64,000 nt of DNA from Eledone cirrhosa (lineage: Eukaryota), in NCBI GenBank assembly GCA_964016885.1, contig OZ024763.1, positions 23,994,001 through 24,058,000 of the forward strand, given 5' to 3'. The notes under the pieces were generated by a model. The model did no database searches, was not told the DNA's origin, and worked only from the letters and a program-made list of their open reading frames with translations. A program made the position numbers and the translations under genes. This document shows positions 1-12,259 of this stretch, piece by piece; positions within the stretch are counted from its first letter, which is position 1, and each line of letters begins with the position of its first letter.

Positions 1-150
1 GGTGCCACAGCAAAAAGCACCCAGCACTCTCTGTAAATGAGGTTGGTGTTAGGAAGGGCATCCAGCTGTGGAAGTCAAGCCAGAATCAGTTCCCGTCCCA
101 CCCTTGCAAGCAGGGGAAAGTGGACGTAAAATGAAATGATGATGATGATG
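1..150 (+). mobile_element. SINE family A, 3' part (cut by the window edge)
   Basis: Matches the 3' half of the full copy at 30835-31168 and ends in a (TGA)n tail. Confidence 0.85.
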
Positions 151-358
151 ATAAATATATACATATATATACACACACATATACATATATATACACACAC
201 ATATAAATATATATACATATACATAAATATATACACACACATATAAATATATATATATATATATCATCATCATCACCGTTTAACGTCCATCTTCCACGCT
301 AGCATGGGTTTGGACGGGAATTTTCCCACTTGAAGCAAGATTGGTTGTCTTGCTCGTA

Positions 359-394
<36 letters not shown>

Positions 395-399
<5 letters not shown>

Positions 400-595
400 G
401 GATAAAATACCATTGTGCTATTTGTTCCAGCTCTTTACATTCTGAGTTCAAATCCAGCAGAAGTTAACTTTTCCCTTTATCCTATCAGGGGTTGATGAAA
501 TAAAGTAGCAGTTACGTAATGGGGTAAAATATATCTATCTTTCCTACCTCATCACCAATTATTGCCCTTGTGTTGAAATTACAAATCAATATAAG
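395..595 (+). mobile_element. SINE family B, degenerate copy
   Basis: ttctgagttcaaatcc...aaataaagtagcag...ccttgtg resembles the copy at 29777. Confidence 0.65.
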
Positions 596-614
596 TTTCA
601 AGTTAAACATTTCA

Positions 615-725
615 TAATTGTTTCTACTTTAGGCACAAGGCCAGCAATTCACCAGTTCATTACTGGTACTTTATTTTATCGACCCTGTAAGGATGAAAGG
701 CAAAGGTAACCTCGGCGGGATGAAC
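615..725 (-). mobile_element. SINE family B, 5'-truncated
   Basis: Reverse complement of the family B body (ctggtactttattttatcgaccc...aaggatgaaaggcaaag). Confidence 0.8.
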
Positions 726-767
726 ATTTCATAATGAGCAGATTTGTATTATCTTATCTCATCTTAG

Positions 768-2010
768 GTGAGACAGTAAGCAGAACTTCACACCAAGTCT
801 GTTTCCCATCAAGGTCTGTAGATCTTCCTTATGAGTTCCTGTATCTCTTAGGTGAGACAGCAAGCACAACTTCACACCAACAGTCTCTGTTTCCCTATCA
901 AGGTCTGTAGGTCTTCCTGTGTCTCTTATGTGAGACAGCAAACACAACTTAACACCAACAGTCTATATTTCACTATCAAGGTCTGTAGGTCTTCCTGTAT
1001 CTCTTATGTGAGACAGCAAACACAACTTCACACCAACAGTCTCTGTTTCCCTATCAAGGTCTGTAGGTCTTCCTGTGTCTCTTATGTGAGACAGCAAACA
1101 CAACTTAACACCAACAGTCTATATTTCACTATCAAGGTCTGTAGGTCTTCCTGTGTCTCTTATGTGAGACAGCAAACACAACTTCACACCAACAGTCTCT
1201 GTTTCCCTATCAAGGTCTGTAGGTCTTCCTGTATCTCTTATGTGAGACAGCAAGCACAACTTCACACCAACAGTCTCTGTTTCCCTATCAAGGTCTGTAG
1301 GTCTTCCTGTGTCTCTTATGTGAGACAGCAAACACAACTTAACACCAACAGTCTATATTTCACTATCAAGGTCTGTAGGTCTTCCTGTGTCTCTTATGTG
1401 AGACAGCAAACACAACTTCACACCAACAGTCTCCGTTTCCCTATCAAGGTCTGTAGGTCTTCCTGTGTCTCTTATGTGAGACAGCAAACACAACTTAACA
1501 CCAACAGTCTATATTTCACTATCAAGGTCTGTAGGTCTTCCTGTGTCTCTTATGTGAGACAGCAAACACAACTTAACACCAACAGTCTATATTTCACTAT
1601 CAAGGTCTGTAGGTCTTCCTGTGTCTCTTATGTGAGACAGCAAACACAACTTCACACCAACAGTCTCTGTTTCCCTATCAAGGTCTGTAGGTCTTCCTGT
1701 GTCTCTTGCTATGATAGCCTGACATCTAAGCTTTCTGGTAGAGGAGATCTCCCACAACAAGAGGTCTAGAACTATCTCATCCTTTGCGCAGAAGCAATGA
1801 AAAGCAAACCTTGTATTTAATCAGTCGTGCACATACTTTGGGGATTTTTCTGTATATCTGATTAAGTTGGGATGGGCCTGTCAAGAAATATGCTGGTCCT
1901 TTCTCAGAATGGTAATGTAACATCTATCTAAATGTCTCTATAGACAAGAGTGCAAGGTCCAAGTCTCAGAACCATAGAGGAGACTAGATTCTACTGTTGT
2001 TCTAAACAGG
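768..2010 (-). mobile_element. Degenerate RTE-clade LINE 3' fragment containing a 78-bp minisatellite
   Basis: Minus strand reads, with stops and shifts, LFRTTVESSLLYGSETWTL...RHLDRCYITILRK...QIYRKIPKV...RFAFHCFCAKDEIVLDLLLWE...IIARDTG. LLYGSETWTL is a typical RTE post-RT motif, and the stretch is homologous to the 26335-26692 fragment. Confidence 0.8.
852..1708. repeat. 78-bp minisatellite, 11 copies in two variants
   Basis: gtgagacagc recurs at 852, 930, 1008 and so on. Variant order is ABABAABABBA. Confidence 0.95.
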
Positions 2011-2011
2011 A

Positions 2012-2297
2012 CTACTCAGCTGTAGAAATGAGATGATAGGACTGGGATCCCTATCATTCCACAGCAAAGTGATCATGGAGGTGCCACGGCAAAGAAGCAC
2101 CCAGCACACACTGTAAAGCACCCAGCACATACTGTGAATGAGGTTGGTGTTAGGAAGGGCATCCAACTGTATAAATCAAGCCAGAATCAGTTCCCATATG
2201 AGCAAGACAAGGTCAGCCGACCGGACACTGCCCACAACAGGACAACCCGTCTAACCCATGCTAGCGTGGAAGAACGAATGTAAAACGGTGATGATGA

Positions 2298-2300
<3 letters not shown>
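2012..2300 (+). mobile_element. SINE family A, 5'-truncated, long-tail variant
   Basis: Family A body followed by the gagcaagacaaggtcagcc...ctaacccatgctagcgtggaag tail. Confidence 0.8.
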
Positions 2301-2328
<28 letters not shown>

Positions 2329-2816
2329 GTGTGTATATATATATGTGTGTGTGAGTGTGTGTATCTATTTACAGAGAGAGAAAAGAGAGAGTGAGTGAGA
2401 GATTGAGAGATGGAGAGAGAGAGAGAGAGACCAAGTGAGTGAGAGATAGGGAGAAAAAGATAGTATGAGAGAGAGGGCGAGTGAGAGGGGGGGATTGAGA
2501 GGGGGGTTGAGAGGGGGGTGAGAGAGGGGGAGTGAGAGACAATGAGACAGAAATATTATCACACATGTCATGTTGTATATGACATGTACCTCATATATTC
2601 TGTTGAATATTATGTTTCAGTATTGTTGATTACATAAAGATATATATATATATATGTATATATATATATTTGTATGTGTGTATATAGATGTGTATGTGTG
2701 TATATATATATATTTGTATGTGTGTATATAGATATGTGTATGTGTGTATATATATATGTGTGTATGTGTGTATATATATGTGTGTATGTGTGTATATATA
2801 TATATATGTGTGTATG

Positions 2817-2872
<56 letters not shown>

Positions 2873-3364
2873 CACACATACACACATATATATATACACA
2901 CATACACATATCTATTTACACACATACAAATATATATATATAAACATACACACACATATATACATATATACATACACACACACATATATATACACACACA
3001 CATATATTTATATACACACACATATACATACACACACGCACATATATATACACACACATATACATACACACACACATATACACACACACACACACATATA
3101 TATACATACACACATATAAATATATATATAAATATATATATATTCACACAGATACACATATATATGCATGTTTGCATGTATATATATATGTATGTGTCTG
3201 TGTATGTATGTGTGAATGTTTGTATGTATGTGTGTATATGTGTATATATGTATGTATGTATATTTGTATGTATGTATGTATTTATATGTGTGTGTGTTAC
3301 AGACATGATAGATTCATAAAATATGAGATGATTTGCTTCTAGTAAAATAATACAGGGTATATTG

Positions 3365-4110
3365 CTGATGATGATGATGGTGATGGTGATGGTGATAATG
3401 GTGATGGTGATTGTGATGTTGGTGATGGTGATTGTGATGTTGGTGATGGTGATGATGATGGTGATAATGATGATGATGATTGTGATGTTGATAATGGTGA
3501 TGATGATGGTGATAATGGTGATTATGATGGTGATTGTGATGTTGGTCATGGTGATGATGGTGATAATGGTGATGATGATGGTGATGATGGTGATGATGAT
3601 GGTGATGATGGTGATGATGATGGTGATGGTGATGATGGTGATAGTGATGATGATGGTGGTGATTGTGATGGTGGTGATGATGTGATGGTGACGATGGTGA
3701 TGGTGGTGATGATGGTGATGATGATGGTGATGGTGATGATGGTGATAGTGATGATGATGGTGGTGATTGTGATGATGGTGATGGTGGTGATGATGTGATG
3801 GTGATGATGGTGATGGTGGTGATGATGATGGTGATTGTGATGTTGGTGATGGTGGTGATGGTGATAGTGATGATGGTGAGGATGGTGATGGTGACGGTGA
3901 TGATGCTGGTGGTGATAGTGATGATTGTGATGATGATTGTGGTGATGATGATGATGAGCATGATGGTTATAATGATTGTGATAATGGTGATGATGATGGT
4001 GGTAATGATAATGATTTTGGTGACGGTGATGACAAATGATTATTATAACAATAATGATGCTGGTATTGAATATGGTGATGTTAATGATGACGATGATGAT
4101 GATGATGACT
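3365..4110. repeat. (GAT/GGT)n compound trinucleotide microsatellite
   Basis: Direct reading. Confidence 0.95.
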
Positions 4111-4149
4111 GTGTCCCTCACTCGAAGACTATTGTAAAACTTTAAAGTT

Positions 4150-4910
4150 TAAAGTCTGTTCTACCCCCTCCCCAGAGGCTCCTCAAGCCATGGTTTATCT
4201 CTGTATCATTGGCGTGAGTCAACTGAGAGTACAAGAGAGTAACAGACTCTCCCCCTGGACAGGGCACTAGTCCATTAAAGTCTGAAGTATGTCTCAAGCC
4301 CAGAAACTCATCAAGACGGTGCTTATCCAGGTTTGCTTGGTGTTAAGCAACCGAGAGCACAAGTTTTACCCCTGGAGAGGAAGTTAGTCCATCAGAGGGT
4401 TAAAGTCTTATCTAGGTTTGCTTGGTGTTAACCAACAGTGAACACAAGACTTCCCCCTGGAGAGGAAGCTAGTCCATCAGAGACTCATCAGAACAATGCT
4501 TATCCAGGTTTGCTTGGTGTTAAGCGATTGAGAACACAAGACTTCCCCCTGGAGAGGAAGCTAGTCCATCACAGGGTTACAGTTTGTCTCAAGCCCAGAG
4601 ACTCATCAGAACAATGCTTATCCAGGTTTGCTTGGTCTTAAGCAATTGAGAACACAAGACTTCCCCCTGGAGAGGAAGCTAGTCCATCACAGGGTTACAG
4701 TTTGTCTCAAGCCCAGAGACTCATCAGAACAGTGCTTATCCAGGTTTGCTTGGTGTTAAGTGATTGCATGTACCAGACTCCACACTGGACAGGACAACAG
4801 TTAAGTGCAGGATTAAACCCCTCCCCAAGCTAATGCTGGTACTCATTTTCAGCTAATCAGGTATACTAGAGCAATGTGAATGATATTCTTGGCGGCATTT
4901 GAACTCATGG
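4150..4910 (-). mobile_element. SINE family C with an internal ~118-bp tandem amplification (~4 units)
   Basis: Reverse complement of taaccctgtgatggactag...ccagggggaag (V-SINE-like as recalled) is repeated. A CORE-like segment lies near 4830-4890. Related to 34860-34975 and 49373-50110. Confidence 0.65.
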
Positions 4911-4921
4911 TCCTTTACTAT

Positions 4922-5040
4922 GTGAGTTCAAATCCAGCCGAGGTAGAATTTGCCTTTCATCCTTACAAGGTCGATAAATTAAAGCAGCAGTAATGCATTG
5001 TGATAATTACTGGCCTTGTGCCAAAAGTAGAAACAATTAT
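4922..5040 (+). mobile_element. SINE family B, 5'-truncated
   Basis: gagttcaaatcc...ttgcctttcatccttac...gtagaaacaattat. Confidence 0.8.
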
Positions 5041-5154
5041 GATTGTAAATCCAACACACTAACCACTAAGTCAAATCACCGCCACACAAGTGTGTTTGAA
5101 ACCAGTACCACAGGTTTCATACGAAACACCTTAACCACAAAGCCACACCTGTCA

Positions 5155-5188
<34 letters not shown>

Positions 5189-5191
<3 letters not shown>

Positions 5192-5392
5192 AACGAGTAG
5201 GACCCCGACGGCTGAGCTCAAGCCATTTCGACAGCTAATTGTGGACTAGAATTAGTCCAGAATTAGCCATCAAAACGGCTTGAGCAGAGCCGTCGGGGTC
5301 CTACTTGTTCCTATTACCCACTCTACTACCCTAAGTATTGAGTACTTTGGTGCGTTATGGTCCACCTGGTTCCTTACCACATTTCCTTTGTT
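5189..5392 (+). mobile_element. Fold-back element in (TA)n: ~124-bp hairpin plus a GTATTGAGTAC-containing tail (Penelope-like end by inference)
   Basis: ggaacgagtaggaccccgacggct...agccgtcggggtcctacttgttcc forms inverted arms. Related copy at 54075-54215. Confidence 0.55.
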
Positions 5393-5497
5393 ATATATAT
5401 ATATATATATATATGATAGAGTGACAGGTGTGGCTTTGTGGTTAAGGTGTTTGGCATGAAACCTGTGGTACTGGTTTATGGTTTATATATATATATA

Positions 5498-5690
5498 TCA
5501 TCGCTAATGTCTATCTTCCACACTAGCATGGGTTAGATGGGAATTGTCCCATTTGAGGCAAGATTGATCGGGTGACCATGTCTCGCTCATATAGGACTGT
5601 ATCTGGCAGGTTTTCTACGGCTGGATGCCCTTCCTAACACCAACCACATTTACAGTGTGGGACTGGGAGCCTTTTTACCGTGTCTTCTAC
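5498..5690 (-). mobile_element. 3' fragment of a SINE-A-related or RTE 3' UTR repeat
   Basis: Contains ctggatgcccttcctaacaccaacc and the reverse complement of the ctaacccatgctag tail. Confidence 0.7.
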
Positions 5691-5722
<32 letters not shown>

Positions 5723-6061
5723 TTGTGTGTGAATATAATTACCACCATACTGTGTATGAAACCAGTACCAGAGGTTTCATACCAAACACCTTAACGATAC
5801 AACTGTATCTTTCTGTCTATTCTATATGTGTCTATGTAATCACCACCACATAGGGTGTTTGAATCTAAATACAAAAGTTTTTAAACCATACCTGTCTCTC
5901 TATTTTATATGTGTCCGTATATATATATATATTTCCGTATTGTATTCTATAGATGCATATATATTTTTATATGTGTAGATACTCTATGTATGTGCATACA
6001 TTTTATATATGTGTATATATTCTCTCTCTCCCTTATAGAAAATATAAAAATATGTATACAC

Positions 6062-6495
6062 ATATTGCACCTCTCAAAGGCGATGACACAAGACTGTGAC
6101 CTCTCGCATCACGCAGTAATACAGAAGACCCGACTTCCCATGGGTACAAGCCGAAGCTGAAGCATATAGACAATATGCCCCCACCCCTCCTACTGCAAAA
6201 TGGTTGTGGAGGTGCCACAGCAAAAACAGCACCCAGTACACACTGTAAAGTGGACGTGTAGGCGCCACAGAAAAAAAGCACCCAGCACTCACTTGTAAAT
6301 GAAGTTGGTGTTAGGAAGGGCATCCAGCTGTAGAAATCAAGCCAGAATCAGTTCCCGTCCCACCCTTGCAAGCAGGGAAAATGTGGACGTAAAAATAAAA
6401 AAAAATAAAAAAAGAATCAGTTCCCGTATGAGCAAGACAAGGTCAGCCGTCTAACACATGCTAGCGTGGAAGAATGGACGTAAAATGATGATGAT
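6062..6495 (+). mobile_element. RTE 3' end with a SINE-domain 3' UTR and two successive tails
   Basis: Encodes LHLSKAMTQDCDLSHHAVIQKTRLPMGTSRS* (compare 52867-53343). This is followed by ggtgttaggaagggcatcc, the short tail and then the long tail. Confidence 0.75.
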
Positions 6496-6517
6496 GATAT
6501 ATATATATATATATATA

Positions 6518-6732
6518 AAAACACACAGTCCACACTGTAATGTGGCCGTGTAGGTAACACGGTAAAAACCTCCCAGTCCACAATGTAAACGTGGTTGGTG
6601 TTAGGAAGGGCATCCAGCCATAGACAACCTGCCAGACAGTCCTGAGCAAGACAACCAATCTTGCTTCAAGTGGGACAATTCCCGTCCAGACCCATGCTAG
6701 CGTGGAAGATGGATGTTAAACGATGATGATGA
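6518..6732 (+). mobile_element. 3' UTR fragment of the SINE-domain RTE family
   Basis: Matches 24650-24870. Confidence 0.75.
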
Positions 6733-6734
6733 TA

Positions 6735-7050
6735 TCATCATTTCATCATCATTTCATTTTATGTCCACTTTTCCCTGCTTGCAAGGGTGGGACGGGAACA
6801 GATTCTGGCTTGATTTCTACAGCTGGATGCCCTTCCTAACACCAACCTCATTTACAGTGAGTGCTGGGTGCTTTTTTGCCGTGGCACCTCCACGACCACT
6901 TTGCAGTGGAATGATAGGGACTGAGTAAACTGGAGCAATGTGAAATAAAGTGCCTTGCTCAAGGAAACAACACATCACCCGGTCTGAGAATTGAACTCAC
7001 AACCTTTCGATTGCAAGGCCAATGCTCTAACCACTAAGCCATGTGCCTCC
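6735..7050 (-). mobile_element. SINE family A, near full length with an internal deletion
   Basis: Reverse complement of 30835-31168. Confidence 0.85.
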
Positions 7051-7550
7051 ATAATATATATATATGTATATACACATATATATATGTGTATATACATATT
7101 TTTAAATTTTCTGTATTATATATATATATGTGTGTGTACATATTTTTATGTTAATTTTTTTTGTTATTTTTCTGGGGAGGTTTTGTCTCCAAGATAAAAA
7201 ATAAATAAAAATAATTAATTGTTTGTAGTGGGGGTGGTGTGGGGTGTTTTATATAGTTTATTTTATAGTTTGTTGGGGCTTTTTTTTGTAGTTTTTTCAA
7301 AGATTTGTCTGTGTTTATATATTAATTTATTTTAATCAACTATTAATTAAAAATCACTTCCTCTGTTGTGTGTGAGAATGTGTGTATATATGAGGGTCTC
7401 TCTCTCTCTCTATATATATATATACATACATACATATATATACAAATATATATATATAGAGAGAGAGAGGGAGAGTTGCATATATATATGTGTGTATATA
7501 TATATATATACATATATATATTTATAGATAGATGTATATATGTATGTGTG

Positions 7551-7585
<35 letters not shown>

Positions 7586-8666
7586 ATATATATATTATTA
7601 ATTGATTTGTGTCCGTGTATGTGTATGTGTGTGTATATATGTGTATATACGTATATATATATATATGTGTGTGTGTCTCTCTCTCTCTCTCTTTATATGT
7701 GTATGTGTCTATATATATATATGTATATATATATATGTGTGTGCATGTGTCCATATATCACAACACGCATATACATACATACATCCACACACACACACAT
7801 ACACCAAGTGATTGATATAAACCAACCACCACCACCATCTCCACTGATTAATTAACAAAAATAAATGAATAACAGCCTCTAAAGCAACGCCGTGTTGATG
7901 ATAATGCTGGTGGGTGGTAGTGGCCGATGAAGTGGGAGATGCTGGGTGATTTTAGGTGTGTGTGTGTGGAAAGGTGGATGTAGTGGGTGATGATTTAGAA
8001 GCAACCATTTTTCAAAGACAGACATTGCAACGATGTTGATGCTGGCTAGGTGGATGGATGGGTGATGTCGATGGTGATGAGGCATATATATATATATATA
8101 TGTGTGTGTATATATGTGTGTATATGTGTGTGTGTGGAGAGGTGGAAATGTCAGTTAGAGTGGATGGGTGGGATGTGGGATGTGGGGGGGGGGGGGGGCG
8201 TGGTAGCAACCGTTTTTCAAAGAAAAACATTGCAGCCACCATGTTGATGATGATGATGGGAGGATGGGTGCTATTGGCCGGTGATGCGAGAGATACTGGC
8301 AATGTGGTGTGGTTATATATATATATATTTATATTGTGTGTGTGAAGAGGTGGAAAGGCCGGGGTAGTGGTAGCGACGACCATTTTTCAAAGAGAGACAA
8401 TCTATTTGAACAAGAAATTACAACACAGCCAGGAGTCTTAATGTGGTTGTTGTTATTGTTGTTGCTGCGGGAAAGAGGGATGGGAGGAGTGCAAAAAATT
8501 ATTAATGAAATAATTTTTTTCTTAAAAAAACACAATGAAGTGTGTTCTATGAGGAAAGCAGATTATTATTATTCTTATTATTATTATTGTTGTTATTATT
8601 CTTGTTGTAATTATTATTGTTATTATTGCTATTATTATTACTATTATTATTATTATTATTATTATT

Positions 8667-8930
8667 GTTCTTTGAGTCTCAGTCATTGATGTTAGTTAAC
8701 TGGAAAGTTTGTTGAAATGAATATCAAGCCACTACCTGCAGCCTCAGATATTCAGGACGTATCGGAGGGTTCTTGCTGTTCCCAGCAAGCAGGCCTTTTG
8801 AAGCATTCCAAAAAGCGTGGCGGGGCCAATTTTCTTTAACCATCCCTGGAAACTTTTTGAGATAGTCCCTAGTGCGCCTATGACAATCGGGACCACTTTG
8901 ACTTCATGGCAGTTCCAAATCCTTTTTACA
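8667..8930 (-). mobile_element. R4/Dong-like non-LTR retrotransposon 3' end (REL endonuclease C-terminus)
   Basis: Minus strand reads VKRIWNCHEVKVVPIVIGALGTISKSFQGWLKKIGPATLFGMLQKACLLGTARTLRYVLNI*, then a short UTR ending in (TAA)n. Confidence 0.75.
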
Positions 8931-8966
8931 TTATTATTATTATTATTATTATCATTATTATTATTA

Positions 8967-9190
8967 CCATCATGAATTTGATATCTCGGTCATTGATATT
9001 ATTTAAAAATCTGCCCTCATGAACATCAAGCCGCTACCTGCAGCCCCAGATATTTGGGACGTATCGAAGGGCTCTTGCAGTTCCCAGCAGCCATGCCTTG
9101 AAGTGTTCCAAAAAAAGGCGACTGGACTAATGTTCTTTAACCATCCTTGACATTTCTTTGAGATAGTACCTAGTGCTCCAATGACCACTT
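8967..9190 (-). mobile_element. Second, diverged R4/Dong-like 3' end in tandem with the first
   Basis: VIGALGTISKKCQGWLKNISP... with a frameshift. Shares the UTR motif atcaatgacYgaga and ends in (TAA)n. Confidence 0.7.
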
Positions 9191-10113
9191 TACAGGGTGG
9201 ACTGAGAGATTTTGTCGTGTCACCAAAATGACCACTTTACAGGGTGGACTGGGAGCTTTTTGTTGTGTCACCAAAATGACCACTTTACAGAGTGGACTAG
9301 GAGCTTTTTGTCGTGTCACCAAAATGACAACTTTTCAGGGTGGACTAGGAGCTTTTTGTCATGTCACCAAAATGACCACTTTACAGGGTGGACTGGCAGC
9401 TTTTGGCCATGTCACCACAATGATCACTTTAGAGTGTGGGCTGGGAGCTTTGGCCGTGTCACCACAATGATCACTTTACAGTGTGGGCTGGGAGCTTTTG
9501 GCCATGTCACCACAATGACCACTTTACAGGGTAGACTGGGAGCTTTTGGCCATGTCACCACAATGACCACTTTACAGGGTGGATTGGGAGCTTTTGGTCG
9601 TGTCACCAAAATGACCACTTTACAGTGTGGGCTGGGAGCTTTTTGTCATGTCACCACAATGACAACTTTACAAGGTGGACTGGCAGATTTACACAGTGTC
9701 ACCAAATTGACCACTTTACAGGGTGGACTGGCAGCTTTACGCCGTGTCACCACAATGACCACTTTACAGGGTGGACTGGCAGCTTTACGCCGTGTCACCA
9801 CAATGACCACTTTACAGGGTGGACTGGCAGCTTTTGATCATGTCACCACAATGACCACCTTACAGGGTGGACTGGCAGCTTTATGCCGTGTCACCTCAAT
9901 GACCACTTTACAGGGTGGACTGGCAGCTTTTGATCATGTCACCACAATGACCACTTTACAGGGTGGACTGGCAGCTTTACGCCGTGTCACCACAATGACC
10001 ACTTTACAGGGTGGACTGGCAGCTTTACACAGTGTCACCACAATGACCACTTTACAGGGTGGACTGGCAGCTTTACGCCGTGTCACCACAATGACCACTT
10101 TACAGTGTGGGCT
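9181..10113. repeat. 48-49-bp minisatellite (~19 copies) derived from a SINE/RTE-UTR internal motif
   Basis: Unit gaccactttacagggtggactggcagctttacgccgtgtcaccacaat resembles ccacatttacagtgtgggactgggagcctttttaccgtgtc at ~5645 and a similar motif at ~43300. Confidence 0.9.
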
Positions 10114-10241
10114 GTATATAAATGATAATATAAAAAAACGCCATATACACACATTATTGGATTAAATATAAAATGAATTAAAATAAAGATACAAAACAAA
10201 TATAAACAATAATATTTTTAAAATGTCCATTTTTCACTGAC

Positions 10242-10344
10242 CTTAGTCGACATTTGTCACCAAATTTGTTGCTGTTGGGTTGATAGGCTAATTCCTCACA
10301 TTGTTCACAGTAGCGGTCTTCCTTACATTCTCTCATTTCATGTC
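10242..10344 (-). CDS. Exon of a putative TNF-receptor-superfamily-like gene (Cys-rich domain): (G)HEMRECKEDRYCEQCEELAYQPNSNKFGDKCRL(R/S)
   Basis: Acceptor ctccctttaatcttcttcAG and donor ag|GTCAGT. The 103 nt are open from phase 1 to phase 2. The C-x5-C-x2-C-x4-YQ-x3-N-x5-C spacing resembles a TNFR cysteine-rich repeat. Confidence 0.8.
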
Positions 10345-10404
10345 CTGAAGAAGATTAAAGGGAGAGAGAGAGTGAGTATGAGTGAATGAGAGAGAAAGGG
10401 GATC

Positions 10405-10750
10405 ACCATCATCATCATCATCATCATCATTTTGCGTCTGCTTTTCCCTGCATGCAAGGGTGAGATGGGAACTGATTCTGGCTTCATTTCTACAGCTGGA
10501 TGCCCTTCCTAACACCAACCTCATTTACAGTGAGTGCCGGGTGCTTTTTTGCCGTGGCGCCTCCACAACCACTTTGCAGTGGAATGATATGGACCCCAGT
10601 CCCTATCATCTCATTTGCACAGCTGAGTAAACTGGAGCAATGTGAAATAAAGTGTCTTGCTCAAGAAAACAACACATCACCCGGTCTGAGAATTGAACTC
10701 ACAACCTTTCGATTGCAAGCCCAATGCTCTAACCACTAAGCCATGCGCCT
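10405..10750 (-). mobile_element. SINE family A, full length
   Basis: tRNA-like head near 10750, body, and (TGA)n tail. Confidence 0.9.
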
Positions 10751-10759
10751 TCATCATGG

Positions 10760-11880
10760 ATTTTATTTGTCAAAACCCCAGAAAAGATTTAAAACAGAAA
10801 ATTGTCCCCAGCAGGGTTTGAACACAAAATGGAAAGACTCAGGGTGAAACAAAATTGATAGTTTATTGATAGTCAGAAAGAATGAAAGGCAAAGTTGAGC
10901 TCAACAAGATTTGAACTCAGAAATGGAGAGACTCAGGCAAAACAGACTAGTACTTTCTCAAAACCCCAGAAAGGATGTAAATGACAAAATTGACCTTAGC
11001 AGGGTTTCAGCTCAGAACACAGATACAGCAAGGCTTAAAGTGACTCTTTAATAAATCATCCAATAAATTGCCATGGACTTTATTTATTAAAACCACAGAA
11101 AAGATATAAAAGAGAAAATTAAGCTCAGCAGGATTTGATCTCAGAATGGAGAGATTAAGGATTAAACAGACTGGTACTTTATTTGTTTATATTTCTGTGT
11201 TTATTTCTCTGTGTGTATGCATGTGTATGCCTGTATGTGTATTCCTTTGTGTCAGTATGTGTCTTTCTAAAATATACACCCCAGAAAATATTTAAAAATG
11301 CTGAGTTAAGCTCAGCATTTTTTTGAACTCAGAAATGGAGAGATTAGGGGTGAAACAGATTGACACTTTATTTATTAAAACCCCAGAGAGGCTGAGTTGA
11401 GAACTCAGCAAGATTTGAACTCAGAAATAGAGAGATTAGGGGTGAAATATATTGACACTATTTATTAAAACCCCAGAGAGGCAAAGTTGAGCTCAGCAAG
11501 ATGTGATCTCAGAAATAGAGAGATTAGGGTGAAACATATTGACACTTTATTTAGTAAAACCCCAGAAAGGCTCAGTTAAGCTCAGCAGGATTTCATCTCA
11601 GAATGGAGAGACTAGGGGTGAAACATATTGACTATTCATTAAAACCCCAGAGAGGCTAAGTTGATCTCAGCAAGATTTGAATTCAGAATGGAGAGATTAG
11701 GGATAAACATTGACACTTTATTAAAACACCAGAGAGGCTGAGTTGAGCTCAGCAGGATTTGATCACAGAAATGGAGAGATTAGGGTGAAACAGATTGACA
11801 CTTTATTTATTAAAACCCCAGAAAGGCAAAGTTGAGCTCAGCAAGATTTGATCTCAGAAATAGAGAGACTCAGGCAAAAC
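10760..11880 (-). repeat. Degenerate ~90-bp tandem array (~11 units) derived from SINE family B
   Basis: Unit ctttatttattaaaaccccagaaaggcaaagttgagctcagcaagatttgaactcagaa matches the reverse complement of the family B body. Confidence 0.75.
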
Positions 11881-12259
11881 AAATACTGAAGTATTTAACA
11901 CAACATTCTAACAACTTTGCTAATTTTTCCAGCCAACATAAAGACGGAATATTCACTTGATAACACATTACAAACCTAGACTGACAGAATTTCATTTTTT
12001 CTTCTTCTTTTACATGATCAAACTGACAATTGCTTACTAATTATCGACATAGCTTTACGAAATGACTATAATGTTGTATAGAAGAGAGATGCAAAGCGAT
12101 GGAATTACACAGACTTAAGCTGTTGAATTTTAAACCTCTCTGGTAGTTAAAGAATGTTGTCAGCTAATGCTGCTTCTAAATTATACAATTTCACTAATAA
12201 TAACACATGTATTTGTTTTAACAAAAGACATTGACTGATTACCATAGCTGTCTGTGGTG

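Noticed and set aside
9212-10165. 317-aa ORF with 16-aa repeats
   Set aside because: A 48-49-bp minisatellite of a TE motif; the frame drifts between units.
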